Source: Candidatus Latescibacterota bacterium (GTDB lineage: Bacteria; Latescibacterota; UBA2968; UBA8231). Taken from it: a DNA stretch of 64,000 nt. The notes under the pieces were generated by a model. The model was not told the DNA's origin and did no database searches. It worked only from the letters and a program-made list of their open reading frames with translations. Position 1 is the stretch's first letter; the number at the start of each line of letters is the position of its first letter. The DNA lies in contig CBDCSU010000006.1 of assembly GCA_965221775.1 (NCBI GenBank), forward strand, positions 1,280,001 to 1,344,000. Direction: 5' to 3'. The translations under genes and the position numbers were made by a program. This document shows positions 36,760 to 46,445 of the stretch, in pieces.

Positions 36760-39231
36760 TTGGACCAGCCCACCCCTCTCCCCTCCCACGCCCGGGCCGT
36801 CGTCGTCGGCGGCGGCATCGCCGGATGCAGCGTGGCGTATCACCTGACCCGGCTCGGGTGGCGGGAGGTCGTCGTCCTCGACCAGGGGCCGCTCTTCGAG
36901 ACCGGCGGGTCGACCTCACACGCGCCGGGACTCGTCTTCCAGGTCAACCCCTCGAAGACGATGACCGCCTTCGCGCAGCGCACGGTGGAGCTCTTCACCG
37001 GCCTGGACCTCGACGGCGAGGCCTGCGCCCGGAGCGTGGGCAGCCTGGAGGTGGCCTGGACGCCGGAGCGGTTCACCGACCTCAAGCGCAGACATGGCTA
37101 CGCCATGAGCTGGGGCCTCGAGGCGCATCTCCTCGGCCCGGGCGAGACCCGCGAGCTGATCCCCATGCTCTCCGAGCGCATCCTCGGGGCGCTGTACGTC
37201 CCCTCCGACATCCAGACCCGGGCCACCCGGCCCGCCGAGGCGATGGCGCGCGAGGCGCAACGCAGCGGCGCCACCTTCCACGGCGGGGTGCAGGTCACCG
37301 GCTTCGGCACCTCCGGCGGGCGGATCACCGCCGTCCACACCAGTCATGGTGAGATCCGCACCGACGTGGTCGTCGCCGCCGCCGGGATCTGGGCCCCGAA
37401 GCTCGGAGGGATGGCCGGCGTCCCGATTCCGCTGTCGCCGATGCAGCACCTCTACGCCGTCACCACGCCCCTGCCGGAGCTGGCGGGCGCGGCCGAGGAG
37501 GTGTCCCAGCCGATCCTGCGCCACCAGGACGAGGACATGTACTTCCGCCAGGAGGGCGAGTGCTACGGCATCGGCTCGTACCAGCACGAGCCGCTCCTCG
37601 TCGACGCCGGCGACATCCCCGCCCACGGCGAGACCGCCGCGCCGCCGGCGGAGATGCCCTTCACCCCCCGTCACTTCGAGAAGGGCCTGGCGGCGGCGGG
37701 CGAGTTGCTGCCCTGCCTCAAGGGGGCGGAGCTGACCCGCAGGTTCAACGGCCTGTTCTCCTTCACCACCGACGGCTTCCCCGTCCTCGGCGAATCGCCC
37801 CGGGTGCCCGGCTTCTGGTCGGCCCAGGCGGTGTGGATCACCCACGCCGGGGGCGTCGGCCAGGCAGTGGCGGAGTGGCTGGTCCGCGGCGAGCCGGGCG
37901 TCGATCTGCGGGAGTGCGACATCCGGCGCTTCCACCCTCACGCGCACACTCGCCCCTACGTGCGGGCCCGGGCGGCGCAGCAGTACCGCGAGGTCTACGA
38001 CATCATCCATCCGCGGCAGCAGATCGCCAGTCCCCGGGACCTGCGGCTGACGCCCTTCCACCCGCGCCAGCGTGAGCTGGGCGCCGCTTTCTTCGAGAGC
38101 GCGGGATGGGAGCGCCCCCAGTGGTACGAGTCGAATGCAGGCCTCCTCGATTCCCTGGAAGTCAAGGGGACAGCGCGCTCCGGCTGGGAGGCGGTGGAGT
38201 GGTCCCCGGTCGTGGCGGCGGAGCATGTGGCGACGCGGGAGCGGGTCGCCCTCTTCGACCTGACCCCCTTCGCCAATTTCGAGATGACGGGGCCGGGCGC
38301 GCTGCGGGCGCTGCAGGGCCTCGCCGCCAACCAGATGGACCGCCCCCTCGGCGCCGTCACCTACACCGCCATGCTCACGCCCCGGGGCGGCATCAAGTGC
38401 GATCTGACGGTGACGCGCCTGGAGGAGGAGCGCTTCCTGGTGATCACCGGCGGCGCCATGGGCCTCCACGACCTCGGCTGGATCGAGGCGCATCTGCCGC
38501 GGGACGGCTCGGCGCGGCTCGAGGACGTCTCGTCGGCGTACTGCTGCATCGGCCTTTGGGGGCCGAGGGCCCGCGACCTGCTCGGCGGCCTCTGCGAGGA
38601 GGATCTGAGCGACGAGGGATTCCCCTACCTGAGCGCCCGGCGCCTGACCATCGCCGAGGTGCCCGCCCTCGCCCTGCGCATCTCCTATGTCGGCGAGTTG
38701 GGCTGGGAGATCTACGCCCCCTCCGAGCAGGGCCTGCGCCTGTGGGACCTGCTGTGGGAGGCGGGGCAGCCCCTCGGCGTGATCGCCGCCGGCGGCGGCG
38801 CCTTCGACTCGCTGCGCCTGGAGAAGGGCTACCGCCTCTGGGGCCAGGACATCCACACCGAGCACAACCCCTTCGAGGCGGGTCTCGGCTTCGCGGTGAA
38901 CATGAAGAAGGGAGACTTCACCGGCCGGGAGGCGCTGCGCCGGGTCCGCGCCCGGGGGGTGACGCGCCGGCTGTGCTGCATGACCCTGGACGACCCGTCC
39001 GCCGTGGTCACGGGCAAGGAGCCGATCCTCGACGGGGACGAGGTCCTCGGCTACGTGACCAGCGCCAACTACGGCCACTCCATCGGCCGCGGCATTGCCT
39101 GCGCCTATCTGCCCGGCCACTATTGGACGGTGGGGACGAAGGTCGAAGTGCTGTACTTCGGGGAGCGGCTGGCGGCGACGGTCGCCAGGGAACCGCTCTA
39201 CGACCCCGAGGGTTGGAAGATGAAGGGTTGA
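36760..39231 (+). CDS. FAD-dependent dimethylglycine/sarcosine dehydrogenase-oxidase (DAO + GcvT domains)
   Basis: VVVGGGIAG, GSTSHAPG, FSFTTDG, WITHAGG, GWERP, SYVGELGWE, SLRLEKGY. Confidence 0.92.
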   Translation: MDQPTPLPSHARAVVVGGGIAGCSVAYHLTRLGWREVVVLDQGPLFETGGSTSHAPGLVFQVNPSKTMTAFAQRTVELFTGLDLDGEACARSVGSLEVAWTPERFTDLKRRHGYAMSWGLEAHLLGPGETRELIPMLSERILGALYVPSDIQTRATRPAEAMAREAQRSGATFHGGVQVTGFGTSGGRITAVHTSHGEIRTDVVVAAAGIWAPKLGGMAGVPIPLSPMQHLYAVTTPLPELAGAAEEVSQPILRHQDEDMYFRQEGECYGIGSYQHEPLLVDAGDIPAHGETAAPPAEMPFTPRHFEKGLAAAGELLPCLKGAELTRRFNGLFSFTTDGFPVLGESPRVPGFWSAQAVWITHAGGVGQAVAEWLVRGEPGVDLRECDIRRFHPHAHTRPYVRARAAQQYREVYDIIHPRQQIASPRDLRLTPFHPRQRELGAAFFESAGWERPQWYESNAGLLDSLEVKGTARSGWEAVEWSPVVAAEHVATRERVALFDLTPFANFEMTGPGALRALQGLAANQMDRPLGAVTYTAMLTPRGGIKCDLTVTRLEEERFLVITGGAMGLHDLGWIEAHLPRDGSARLEDVSSAYCCIGLWGPRARDLLGGLCEEDLSDEGFPYLSARRLTIAEVPALALRISYVGELGWEIYAPSEQGLRLWDLLWEAGQPLGVIAAGGGAFDSLRLEKGYRLWGQDIHTEHNPFEAGLGFAVNMKKGDFTGREALRRVRARGVTRRLCCMTLDDPSAVVTGKEPILDGDEVLGYVTSANYGHSIGRGIACAYLPGHYWTVGTKVEVLYFGERLAATVAREPLYDPEGWKMKG

Positions 39232-39256
39232 CGCTCTGCTTACCCGGAGGAACGCC

Positions 39257-40498
39257 ATGCTGCAGACTCTGGTGATCGACGCTCTCAATCGCCGCGGGCT
39301 GCCCGTCAACTTGCGGCAGAGCGGGAACAGCGATGCCCGCATGCTGATCTCGACACGCGTGAGGAAGTCGCCCTGGTGGCACCTCTCCCGGGCGGCCGGC
39401 TGCTGGGCCTACACCACCTACAACCACATGTACCACCCGCGGGCCTATGTTCGGCCCGAGGACGGCGGGCTGCTGGAGGAGTACCGCTGCCTCACCGAGC
39501 ATGTCACCATGTGGGACGTGGCCGTGGAGCGGCAGATCCAGGTCAAGGGCCCGGACGCGGCGGCCTTCGTCGACCTCCTCATCACCCGCGACGTCCACGC
39601 CCTGCTGCCTCCGATGCAGGCCCGCTACGTGATCCTCTGCAACCAGCACGGCGGCCTCATCAACGACCCGGTGCTGCTGCGCGTGGCGGAGGACGAGTTC
39701 TGGTTCAGCATCTCCGACTCCGACCTGTTGCTGTGGGCGCAGGGTGTCAACTCCTCGGGCCGCTTCGACGTCGACATCCGGGAAATCGACGTCGCGCCGG
39801 TGCAGATCCAGGGGCCCAAGTCCGTCCTGCTCATGGAGAAGATCTTCGGCCCCCACGTGCGGGAGATCCCCTACTACCACCTGACCCGCGGCCGGCTCAA
39901 CGGCCATCCGGTCACCATCTCCCGCACCGGGTTCTCCGCCGAGGTGGGTTTCGAGATCTACCTCCACGACGCCACCCTCCACGCCGATGACGTCTGGCCG
40001 TACGTCCTGGAGCAGGGGGAGGAGTTCAACCTGCGGGTCATCGCCCCCAGCCACATCCGCCGGCTGGAGGCGGGCATCCTCTCGTACGGCCAGGACATGG
40101 ACATCGAGAACAACCCCTACGAGGTGCGCCTCGGATGGCAGGTGGACCTGACGAAGGAGACCTTCATCGGCAAGGAGGCGCTGGCGCGAATCGAGAGAGA
40201 GGGCGTCCGCCGGCGGCTGGTCGGCCTCAGGGTCGGCGGCGAGCCGATCCTCTGGTACAACGAGGACTTCTACCTGGTGAAGGACGGCGACGCCGGCGCC
40301 GACGTGGGCTACGTGACCAGCGCCTTCTGGTCTCCGAACGTGGGGTCCAACATCGCCCTGGCCATCCTGCCCCCCTCCCACTGGAAGCGGGGCACGCGGG
40401 TCCAGGTGCAGCTGCCGGAGGACGGCCTCGTGGACGCGCAGGTGGTGCGGGTGCCGTTCTTCGATCCCTCCAAGGAGCGGCCGAAGAGCCAGCTGTGA
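39257..40498 (+). CDS. GcvT-family aminomethyltransferase, DmdA-like
   Basis: YTTYNHMYHP, WDVAVERQ, INDPVLLR, RTGFSAEVGFEIY, RRLEAGILSYG. Confidence 0.85.
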   Translation: MLQTLVIDALNRRGLPVNLRQSGNSDARMLISTRVRKSPWWHLSRAAGCWAYTTYNHMYHPRAYVRPEDGGLLEEYRCLTEHVTMWDVAVERQIQVKGPDAAAFVDLLITRDVHALLPPMQARYVILCNQHGGLINDPVLLRVAEDEFWFSISDSDLLLWAQGVNSSGRFDVDIREIDVAPVQIQGPKSVLLMEKIFGPHVREIPYYHLTRGRLNGHPVTISRTGFSAEVGFEIYLHDATLHADDVWPYVLEQGEEFNLRVIAPSHIRRLEAGILSYGQDMDIENNPYEVRLGWQVDLTKETFIGKEALARIEREGVRRRLVGLRVGGEPILWYNEDFYLVKDGDAGADVGYVTSAFWSPNVGSNIALAILPPSHWKRGTRVQVQLPEDGLVDAQVVRVPFFDPSKERPKSQL

Positions 40499-41052
40499 AC
40501 GGGAGCAGGATGATCTGGATCTTCGTCGGGGTCCTCTTCGCCATGGGCAGCCTGGCGATCCACCACCAGGTGAAAGTGGAGGGAGTCGGCGGCGGATCGG
40601 CGATGGCCGGCCGGCTGCGCAACCTCGAGGTGGGGAGTCAGGCACCCGACTTCAGCGCCGCCGACCTGCAGGGCCGGCCGATCACGCTCTCGGAGCTGCG
40701 CGACAGCAAGGTGGTGGTGCTGGACTTCTGGGCCACCTGGTGCGGCCCCTGCCTGCTGGCCATGCCGGGGCTGCAGGAGGTGCACGAGGAGTTCAGCGGC
40801 CGCGGCGTCGAGATCCTGGCCGTCAACCTGGGGGAAGACCTCGAGCAGATCGAGAGCTTCCTGGACGAGACCGGCTACACCTTTCCCGTGGTGGCCGACC
40901 AGGACCTGACCATCGGCGAGCTCTTCGGGGTCAGCGGCATCCCGGCCCAGGTCGTGGTCAACCGGGAGGGTCTCGTGGAGTCGATCCAGGTCGGGTTCGG
41001 TCCGGACATCGAGGACGACCTGCGGCAAGTGCTGCAGCGGTTGACGCAGTAG
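40495..41052 (+). CDS. TlpA-like redoxin (membrane-anchored thioredoxin)
   Basis: APDF, DFWATWCGPC, VSGIP; GTG overlaps upstream stop. Confidence 0.9.
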   Translation: MNGSRMIWIFVGVLFAMGSLAIHHQVKVEGVGGGSAMAGRLRNLEVGSQAPDFSAADLQGRPITLSELRDSKVVVLDFWATWCGPCLLAMPGLQEVHEEFSGRGVEILAVNLGEDLEQIESFLDETGYTFPVVADQDLTIGELFGVSGIPAQVVVNREGLVESIQVGFGPDIEDDLRQVLQRLTQ

Positions 41053-41064
41053 AGCCGGCCGGCC

Positions 41065-41976
41065 ATGGGCGTCATCCGCACCGAGAACCTCGGCAAGACC
41101 TACAAGGGCGGCACCGTCGCTCTCCGGGCCCTGGACCTGGAAGTGAAGGCCGGAGAGGTCTTCGGTTTCCTGGGGCCCAACGGCGCCGGCAAGTCCACCA
41201 CCATCCAGTTGCTGCTGAACTTCATCCGCCCCGACACCGGGTCCGCCTTCCTCTTCGACAGACCCGTCTCGTGCACCGAGGCGCGGCAGAGGCTCGGATA
41301 CCTGCCCGAGTCGGTGGACCTGCCGGGATTCCACAGCGGCCGCGGACTGCTCGAGTTCCACGGCCGCCTGCTGGGCCTGACGAGGGAGGACGCGGCGCGG
41401 CAGGCCGGCGAACGGCTGGAGAGGGTGGGACTGGGCGAGGCCGCCGGGCGCAGGATTTCCGAGTACTCCCAGGGCATGCTGCAGCGCCTGGGGCTGGGGC
41501 AGGCGCTGCTCGACGACCCCGAGTTGCTGATCCTCGACGAGCCCACCTCGAACCTCGATCCCGTGGCCCGGCGCGACTTCCGGGACATCCTCCTCGACCT
41601 CAAGGCCCGGGGGACGACGGTCTTCATCTGCTCCCACATCCTCTCCGAGGTGGAGTCGGTCTGCGACCGCGTGGCCATCCTGCAGCAGGGAGAGCTGAAG
41701 CGCGTCGGCACCCTGGAGGAGCTGTCGGAATCGGTAGGGTCCGTCGTCCGGGCGAGGGACCTGCCGGCGGCGGCCATGGAGGCGGTGGCCGCAGCCGGGG
41801 CGAGACTGACGGTGGAAGGCGGGGCGGCGACGATTTCGTGCGCCGACCGGGGGGTCCTGGAAGAGGTGGAGCGGATCCTCGGGAGATTCGGCGTCGAGGC
41901 CGAGAGGGTCGAGACCCGGAACCAGTCGCTGGAGGAGATCTTCTTCGGCGCCATCGAAGGGCAGCAGAAGCCGTGA
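41065..41976 (+). CDS. ABC transporter ATP-binding protein
   Basis: GPNGAGKS, YSQGMLQRL, LILDEP, SH. Confidence 0.95.
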   Translation: MGVIRTENLGKTYKGGTVALRALDLEVKAGEVFGFLGPNGAGKSTTIQLLLNFIRPDTGSAFLFDRPVSCTEARQRLGYLPESVDLPGFHSGRGLLEFHGRLLGLTREDAARQAGERLERVGLGEAAGRRISEYSQGMLQRLGLGQALLDDPELLILDEPTSNLDPVARRDFRDILLDLKARGTTVFICSHILSEVESVCDRVAILQQGELKRVGTLEELSESVGSVVRARDLPAAAMEAVAAAGARLTVEGGAATISCADRGVLEEVERILGRFGVEAERVETRNQSLEEIFFGAIEGQQKP

Positions 41977-42776
41977 GGACGACGCTCCTGATCGCCGGCG
42001 ACAGCCTGCGCGCCCTGCTGCACCAGCGCCTGCTGGTGGTCCTCGTCCTGGGCACGCTGGGCCTGGCATCGGCCGCCTCGGTGGCCATGAGCTACTTCAC
42101 GAACAAGGTGGTCCAGGCCTCGGAGAGCGCCTCCGAGGCGAGTGAGGGTGAGCTGGACGAGGCTCAGTTGGAGCAGATGCGCCAGGGTCTGGAAATGTCG
42201 GGAACCTTGGTCCTGGGCGGATTCTGCTGGTTCACCGCCCTCGCCGGCTCCCTGGTGACCCTGTTCATATGCTGCACCGCGGTGGCCGGCGACCTCCGCC
42301 GCGGCACGATCCGGATGATCCTCGCCAGACCGGTCTCTCGAGCGCAGTTCCTGCTGGGGCGTTTCTGCGGCGCCGCGGCGGTGATGCTCGCCTTTTCCGC
42401 GCTCTCCGCGGCCGCTTTCGTCATCTACTCCTACGGCCACGGTCTGGACCTGAAGCTGGCCCTCGCCTATGCCCCGTGGCTCATGCTCTGCCAGAACCTC
42501 ATGATCGGTTCCGCCGCCCTCCTGCTGTCGCTGCTGGTCCATCCGGCCATCGCCGGAGTGGTGGCTCTGTTCGCTTCCGCCAGCTTCTTCTCACCTCCCA
42601 ACCCCCTCTACTACATCCTTCCGAGCTACGACCGATTCAACCTGTTCTTCCTGTTCCTGCAGGGACGGATGATCAGCCTCGAGGAGATCTTCGTCCTCAC
42701 CCTCTACGCCCTGGACGTGACCGCCATCTTCGTGCTGCTGGCTTTGTGGAGGTTCCGTTCCAGGGACCTGCTGTAG
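41973..42776 (+). CDS. ABC-2 type permease
   Basis: Multiple TM helices, GTIRMILARPVSRAQFLLGRF; GTGA overlap. Confidence 0.88.
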   Translation: MRTTLLIAGDSLRALLHQRLLVVLVLGTLGLASAASVAMSYFTNKVVQASESASEASEGELDEAQLEQMRQGLEMSGTLVLGGFCWFTALAGSLVTLFICCTAVAGDLRRGTIRMILARPVSRAQFLLGRFCGAAAVMLAFSALSAAAFVIYSYGHGLDLKLALAYAPWLMLCQNLMIGSAALLLSLLVHPAIAGVVALFASASFFSPPNPLYYILPSYDRFNLFFLFLQGRMISLEEIFVLTLYALDVTAIFVLLALWRFRSRDLL

Positions 42777-42787
42777 TACCCCCGCCA

Positions 42788-44116
42788 CTACCGGCTCAGC
42801 CGATCGAGGAGATTGCGGGTGATGCGGTCGACGGCCGCGTCTCCCTTGAGGCCGTGGGACCAGTCGGTCGTCCCGGCGGTGAAGACCGTGCCGCCGCGGG
42901 TATGGAGTCCCATGACCGCGGCGCCCTCCCGCCCTTTCTCCCAGCGCTCGTACCACTCGCTGTCGTCCGGGTGCCACCGCGCCGGGGCGGTGCACAGGAT
43001 GGTGAAGTCCGCCGGGGTGCCATGGGTCCCCTTCGGCACGGGCCGTCCGTCCTCCAGCGAGTACTCGCAGCCGTCGCACTCGTAGCCGACGACCGTGTGC
43101 TCGCCGCCGAAGGTGTCCCCGCGCCGCAGGCCCGTACCCTCGAGGGCCCAGTGCTCCGGGCGGTGGACGGTGAACGCCCCCGAGCCATCCATGTACTGGC
43201 CGTGGCTCAGGTGGTACCCCCCAAGAAGGAAGCCGACGCCGGTCAGCTCGTTTTCGGGCCGCCCCACGAGATGGTGACTCCACAAGGTGGAGAGGTTGGC
43301 GTGGTCCCCGGCGGCGTAGGCCGGGTCCTGGTTGAACCGCTGCTTCCAGCAGACCAGCGCCCGGCCCTCGTCCTCGCTCCGCACCTGCCAGCAGACGGAG
43401 TTGCCGCTGAAGAAGGCGGCGTGGCCGCCGGCGGCGATGAACGCCTCCAGATGGTCCCGCATCGGCCCCGACCAGTACTCGTCGTGGCCGACGCTGAGCA
43501 CGAGGCGGTAGTCGTCCAGCAGCCCGGGGTGCTGCTCCAGATCGGAGTTGGCGCAGTAGTCGATGGCGTACCCGGCGGCCTCCGCCCACTCGACGAAGTC
43601 GCGCTCCCAGCGGTCGAACAGGCCCTCCATGGGCCGGTCGAAGGAGACGCGGTGCCCCTGCAGGCCGCCGCGGCCGTGATAGGCGTAGAGGCTGAACCCG
43701 CCCCAGTTGTTGTAGGCGGCGTAGGTATTCGTGGACAGCTGCAGGAGGATGCGCGCCTCCGTCGGGCCTGACGGACGGACGATGAAGAATCCCCGGCTCT
43801 CGGCGGTGCGCCGCCCCCGGCGCACGAACTCGCCCCCGTGGTCCTCGGCGCGCAGGACGAACTCGTAGTAGCCGCTGCGCCAGTGGGCGGGGACTTCCGT
43901 GGAGTGGGAGACCGGCCAGCGGCAGCCGTGGGAGGAGGCGTCTTCCGGGATCGGGTGTTCCGCTCCCGGCAGCCGGTCCTGGCGGCATACGACTTCGCGG
44001 GCGGCGCCGATCCGCGCCACCTCCAGCGAGTACCCCGCCGCGCTGGTGGAGACGTGGAAGCGGACCGTGTCGCCGGCGCGGTAGCTCAGTTGATCGGTGT
44101 AACCTTCGACGAACAC
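42788..44116 (-). CDS. N,N-dimethylformamidase beta-subunit-like (DUF6605) protein
   Basis: EGYTDQLSY, NTYAAYNNWGG, VSFDRP, SVGHDEYWS, VGYECD, VFTAGTTDW; probable GTG start 44116. Confidence 0.8.
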   Translation of the reverse strand: MFVEGYTDQLSYRAGDTVRFHVSTSAAGYSLEVARIGAAREVVCRQDRLPGAEHPIPEDASSHGCRWPVSHSTEVPAHWRSGYYEFVLRAEDHGGEFVRRGRRTAESRGFFIVRPSGPTEARILLQLSTNTYAAYNNWGGFSLYAYHGRGGLQGHRVSFDRPMEGLFDRWERDFVEWAEAAGYAIDYCANSDLEQHPGLLDDYRLVLSVGHDEYWSGPMRDHLEAFIAAGGHAAFFSGNSVCWQVRSEDEGRALVCWKQRFNQDPAYAAGDHANLSTLWSHHLVGRPENELTGVGFLLGGYHLSHGQYMDGSGAFTVHRPEHWALEGTGLRRGDTFGGEHTVVGYECDGCEYSLEDGRPVPKGTHGTPADFTILCTAPARWHPDDSEWYERWEKGREGAAVMGLHTRGGTVFTAGTTDWSHGLKGDAAVDRITRNLLDRLSR

Positions 44117-44136
44117 GGCGGGAAGCCTGGCCCCCG

Positions 44137-45342
44137 CTAAGCCCCCAGCACCTCGCGCAGGCGCCGGCCCACCACCTCCGGCTCTCCGTCCTTCAGACAC
44201 ATGGGGCCGAAGGCGACGACGCCTTCGCGCACGTGGCTGGGGTTGGCGTGCACGCTCGGGTCGCCGTCCTGCAGGGCGCGGACCACGTCGAGGGCGGTAA
44301 GGCCGCAGGCGTCCTCGTCGAGCTGCACGTGGACGGCGGGGATCGCCGCCCGCTTGGGGTCGTCGCGCAGCTCGACGTCGGCGCCCGCCAGCGACCCGGC
44401 GCTCTCGGCGAGCTGCCTCATGTGCTCGAGCCAGCGGGCCCGCCTCGCTTCGTCGCCCTCTTCCACGAAGCGCTCCAGCGCCGTCAGCAGGCCGACGATC
44501 TCCTCCTTGCCGACCTTGCAGGGCCGCCCGATGCCGTGGTGCGGCGCGCCGGGCAGGCGGCTCTTGTCGATGAGGCCGGCCGGCGGGTTCCACTGGTCCC
44601 AGAGGATGTCGAGGTCGAGGTGCTGCAGGGCGGCGGCCTGGATCAGCTCCCGGCGCCCGGCGAGGATGCCGGAGGACTGGGGGCCGGCGATCGCCTTGCC
44701 GCCCGAGAAGGCGACGAGGTCGGCGCCCTCGGAAAGGAAGCGAGCAAGGTTGGAGGCCGGGGGCAGCTGTCCGGCGGCGTCGACGATGACGGGTACCGAG
44801 GCGGCGTGGGCGACCTCGACCACGGCGGCCAGCTCCGGCTGGGTGTGGGCATAGGCGACGTAGACCACGGCCGCCGTGTCGTCGTCGATGGCGGCGGCGT
44901 ACTCCCAGGGCTCGGCGTCGCGCACGCCGGCGCCGCTGTAGCGGTCGGCGATGCCGATCTCCACCAGCTCGATGCCGACGGAGCGCACGGCGTGGTCGTA
45001 GAAGTTGCGGTGGCTGCGGGCCATGACCACGCGGCGCTTCATGCCCGTCGTGTCGGGCAGCCGGTTCATGCGGGTCGGGTCGAGGCCGGTGACGCAGGCC
45101 GCCGTGCCCAGCAGCAGGCCGGCGGCGGCGCCGCTGGTGACGTACCCAGCCTCGGCGCCGGTGTGGCGGGCGATGACGTTGCTCGCCGCCGCCTGCAGCT
45201 CGGCGATGTCGACGCACGAACGGCCGGCCTCGGCCATGGCCTCCGCCACCTCCGGCGCCATGATCGAGCCGCTCAGACGGGTGGCGGGGCCGGAAGCGTT
45301 GATGATGGTGCGCACGCCGAAGCGTTCGTAGACGCCGCTCAT
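44137..45342 (-). CDS. SelA-like PLP-dependent enzyme (DgaE-like)
   Basis: IINASG, VTSGAAAG, VDAA, FSGGK (PLP Lys), KVGKEEI. Confidence 0.85.
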   Translation of the reverse strand: MSGVYERFGVRTIINASGPATRLSGSIMAPEVAEAMAEAGRSCVDIAELQAAASNVIARHTGAEAGYVTSGAAAGLLLGTAACVTGLDPTRMNRLPDTTGMKRRVVMARSHRNFYDHAVRSVGIELVEIGIADRYSGAGVRDAEPWEYAAAIDDDTAAVVYVAYAHTQPELAAVVEVAHAASVPVIVDAAGQLPPASNLARFLSEGADLVAFSGGKAIAGPQSSGILAGRRELIQAAALQHLDLDILWDQWNPPAGLIDKSRLPGAPHHGIGRPCKVGKEEIVGLLTALERFVEEGDEARRARWLEHMRQLAESAGSLAGADVELRDDPKRAAIPAVHVQLDEDACGLTALDVVRALQDGDPSVHANPSHVREGVVAFGPMCLKDGEPEVVGRRLREVLGA

Positions 45343-45348
45343 GGATCT

Positions 45349-46440
45349 CTATTCCTCTTCGTATACGAATCGGTTCACGAGGTAGCGGCCCACGGCATCT
45401 AGGTCGAGGGTGAATCCGAGGCCGGGCCGCGAAGGGACGACGAGGCCGCCGTCGACCAGCTCGAAGGGCTCGTTGGTCAGGTCGTGCTCCCAGACCCGGG
45501 GGCCGACCATGTCGTAGGGCTGGCTGAGATGGGCCATGCACGCGGCCACGTGGAGGGCCATGGCGGCGCCGGGGCCGTAGGCGACGCACTGGGACCAGCC
45601 TCCGAGCCCGAGCCGGTGGGAGAACTCCGAGAGCCGCAGCAACTCCAGGTGGCTGCCGCCGAGGATGGTGTAGTCCAGGGCCTCGGCGCGGGAGCGCTGG
45701 ATCAGGTCATCGGCTCCGCCCACGTGATCGGCCACCGGATGGCCGATGGAGTAGCGCAGCCGCCGCCACTCGGAGTGGGTCCCCCCGTGGGCGCTGCGTG
45801 CGATGGGGCTCTCCAACGACTCCATGGGCAGTCCCTCGAGCCGGCGGGACAGCTCCTGGGCCACCCACACCTCTTCGAGACGCCAGCGGATGTCGGGGCG
45901 GATGCCCATGCCGGGGACGGCTTCGTGGATCGCCCGGCAGCGGTCGACGATGTGACGGATGCGGGCCTCGGGGGTCGTGTCCCGGGAGGTGCAGCACTTC
46001 ATCTTGTACCAGCGGAACCCCTGCTCCCAGCCCCGCGCCGCCTGCTCGGCGGTGTTGGCCGGCGTCTTGTAGCCGGTGCACATGGTGATGGGGACGCGGC
46101 TGCGCCGCCTCCCTCCGAGAAGCTGGTGGACGGGCACGCCCAGGGCCTGGCCCCGCAGGTCGAGGACGGCCTGCTCGAAAGCGGTGATCAGGGGCCACGG
46201 GTCGGCCAGGTTCACCTCCAGCACGTCCAGGCCGAGCCAGCTGCGCATGCCTTCCTCGATCGCCTCGCGGGTGGTGTAGCGGCCGATCTGGGTCAGGCCG
46301 GTGAGCCCCTGGTCGGTCTCGACCTCGGCCACGGCGTGCTCGTCGCGCTGGTGGCCGGGCTGTCCGTGCTCGTCGTCCGACCACCACCAGTGGGTCTCGG
46401 GGACCTTGACCACGTGGACGACGATGCGGGTGATCTTCAT
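45349..46440 (-). CDS. Divergent enolase-superfamily protein
   Basis: MKITRI start, DLRGQALGVPVHQLLGG, YKMK, ESP, PSRPGLG. Confidence 0.8.
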   Translation of the reverse strand: MKITRIVVHVVKVPETHWWWSDDEHGQPGHQRDEHAVAEVETDQGLTGLTQIGRYTTREAIEEGMRSWLGLDVLEVNLADPWPLITAFEQAVLDLRGQALGVPVHQLLGGRRRSRVPITMCTGYKTPANTAEQAARGWEQGFRWYKMKCCTSRDTTPEARIRHIVDRCRAIHEAVPGMGIRPDIRWRLEEVWVAQELSRRLEGLPMESLESPIARSAHGGTHSEWRRLRYSIGHPVADHVGGADDLIQRSRAEALDYTILGGSHLELLRLSEFSHRLGLGGWSQCVAYGPGAAMALHVAACMAHLSQPYDMVGPRVWEHDLTNEPFELVDGGLVVPSRPGLGFTLDLDAVGRYLVNRFVYEEE

Positions 46441-46445
46441 GGGGT

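Noticed and set aside
44137-45342. True selenocysteine synthase selA
   Set aside because: Lacks the SelA N-terminal tRNA-binding extension, has no selB/selC nearby, and sits in a catabolic context.
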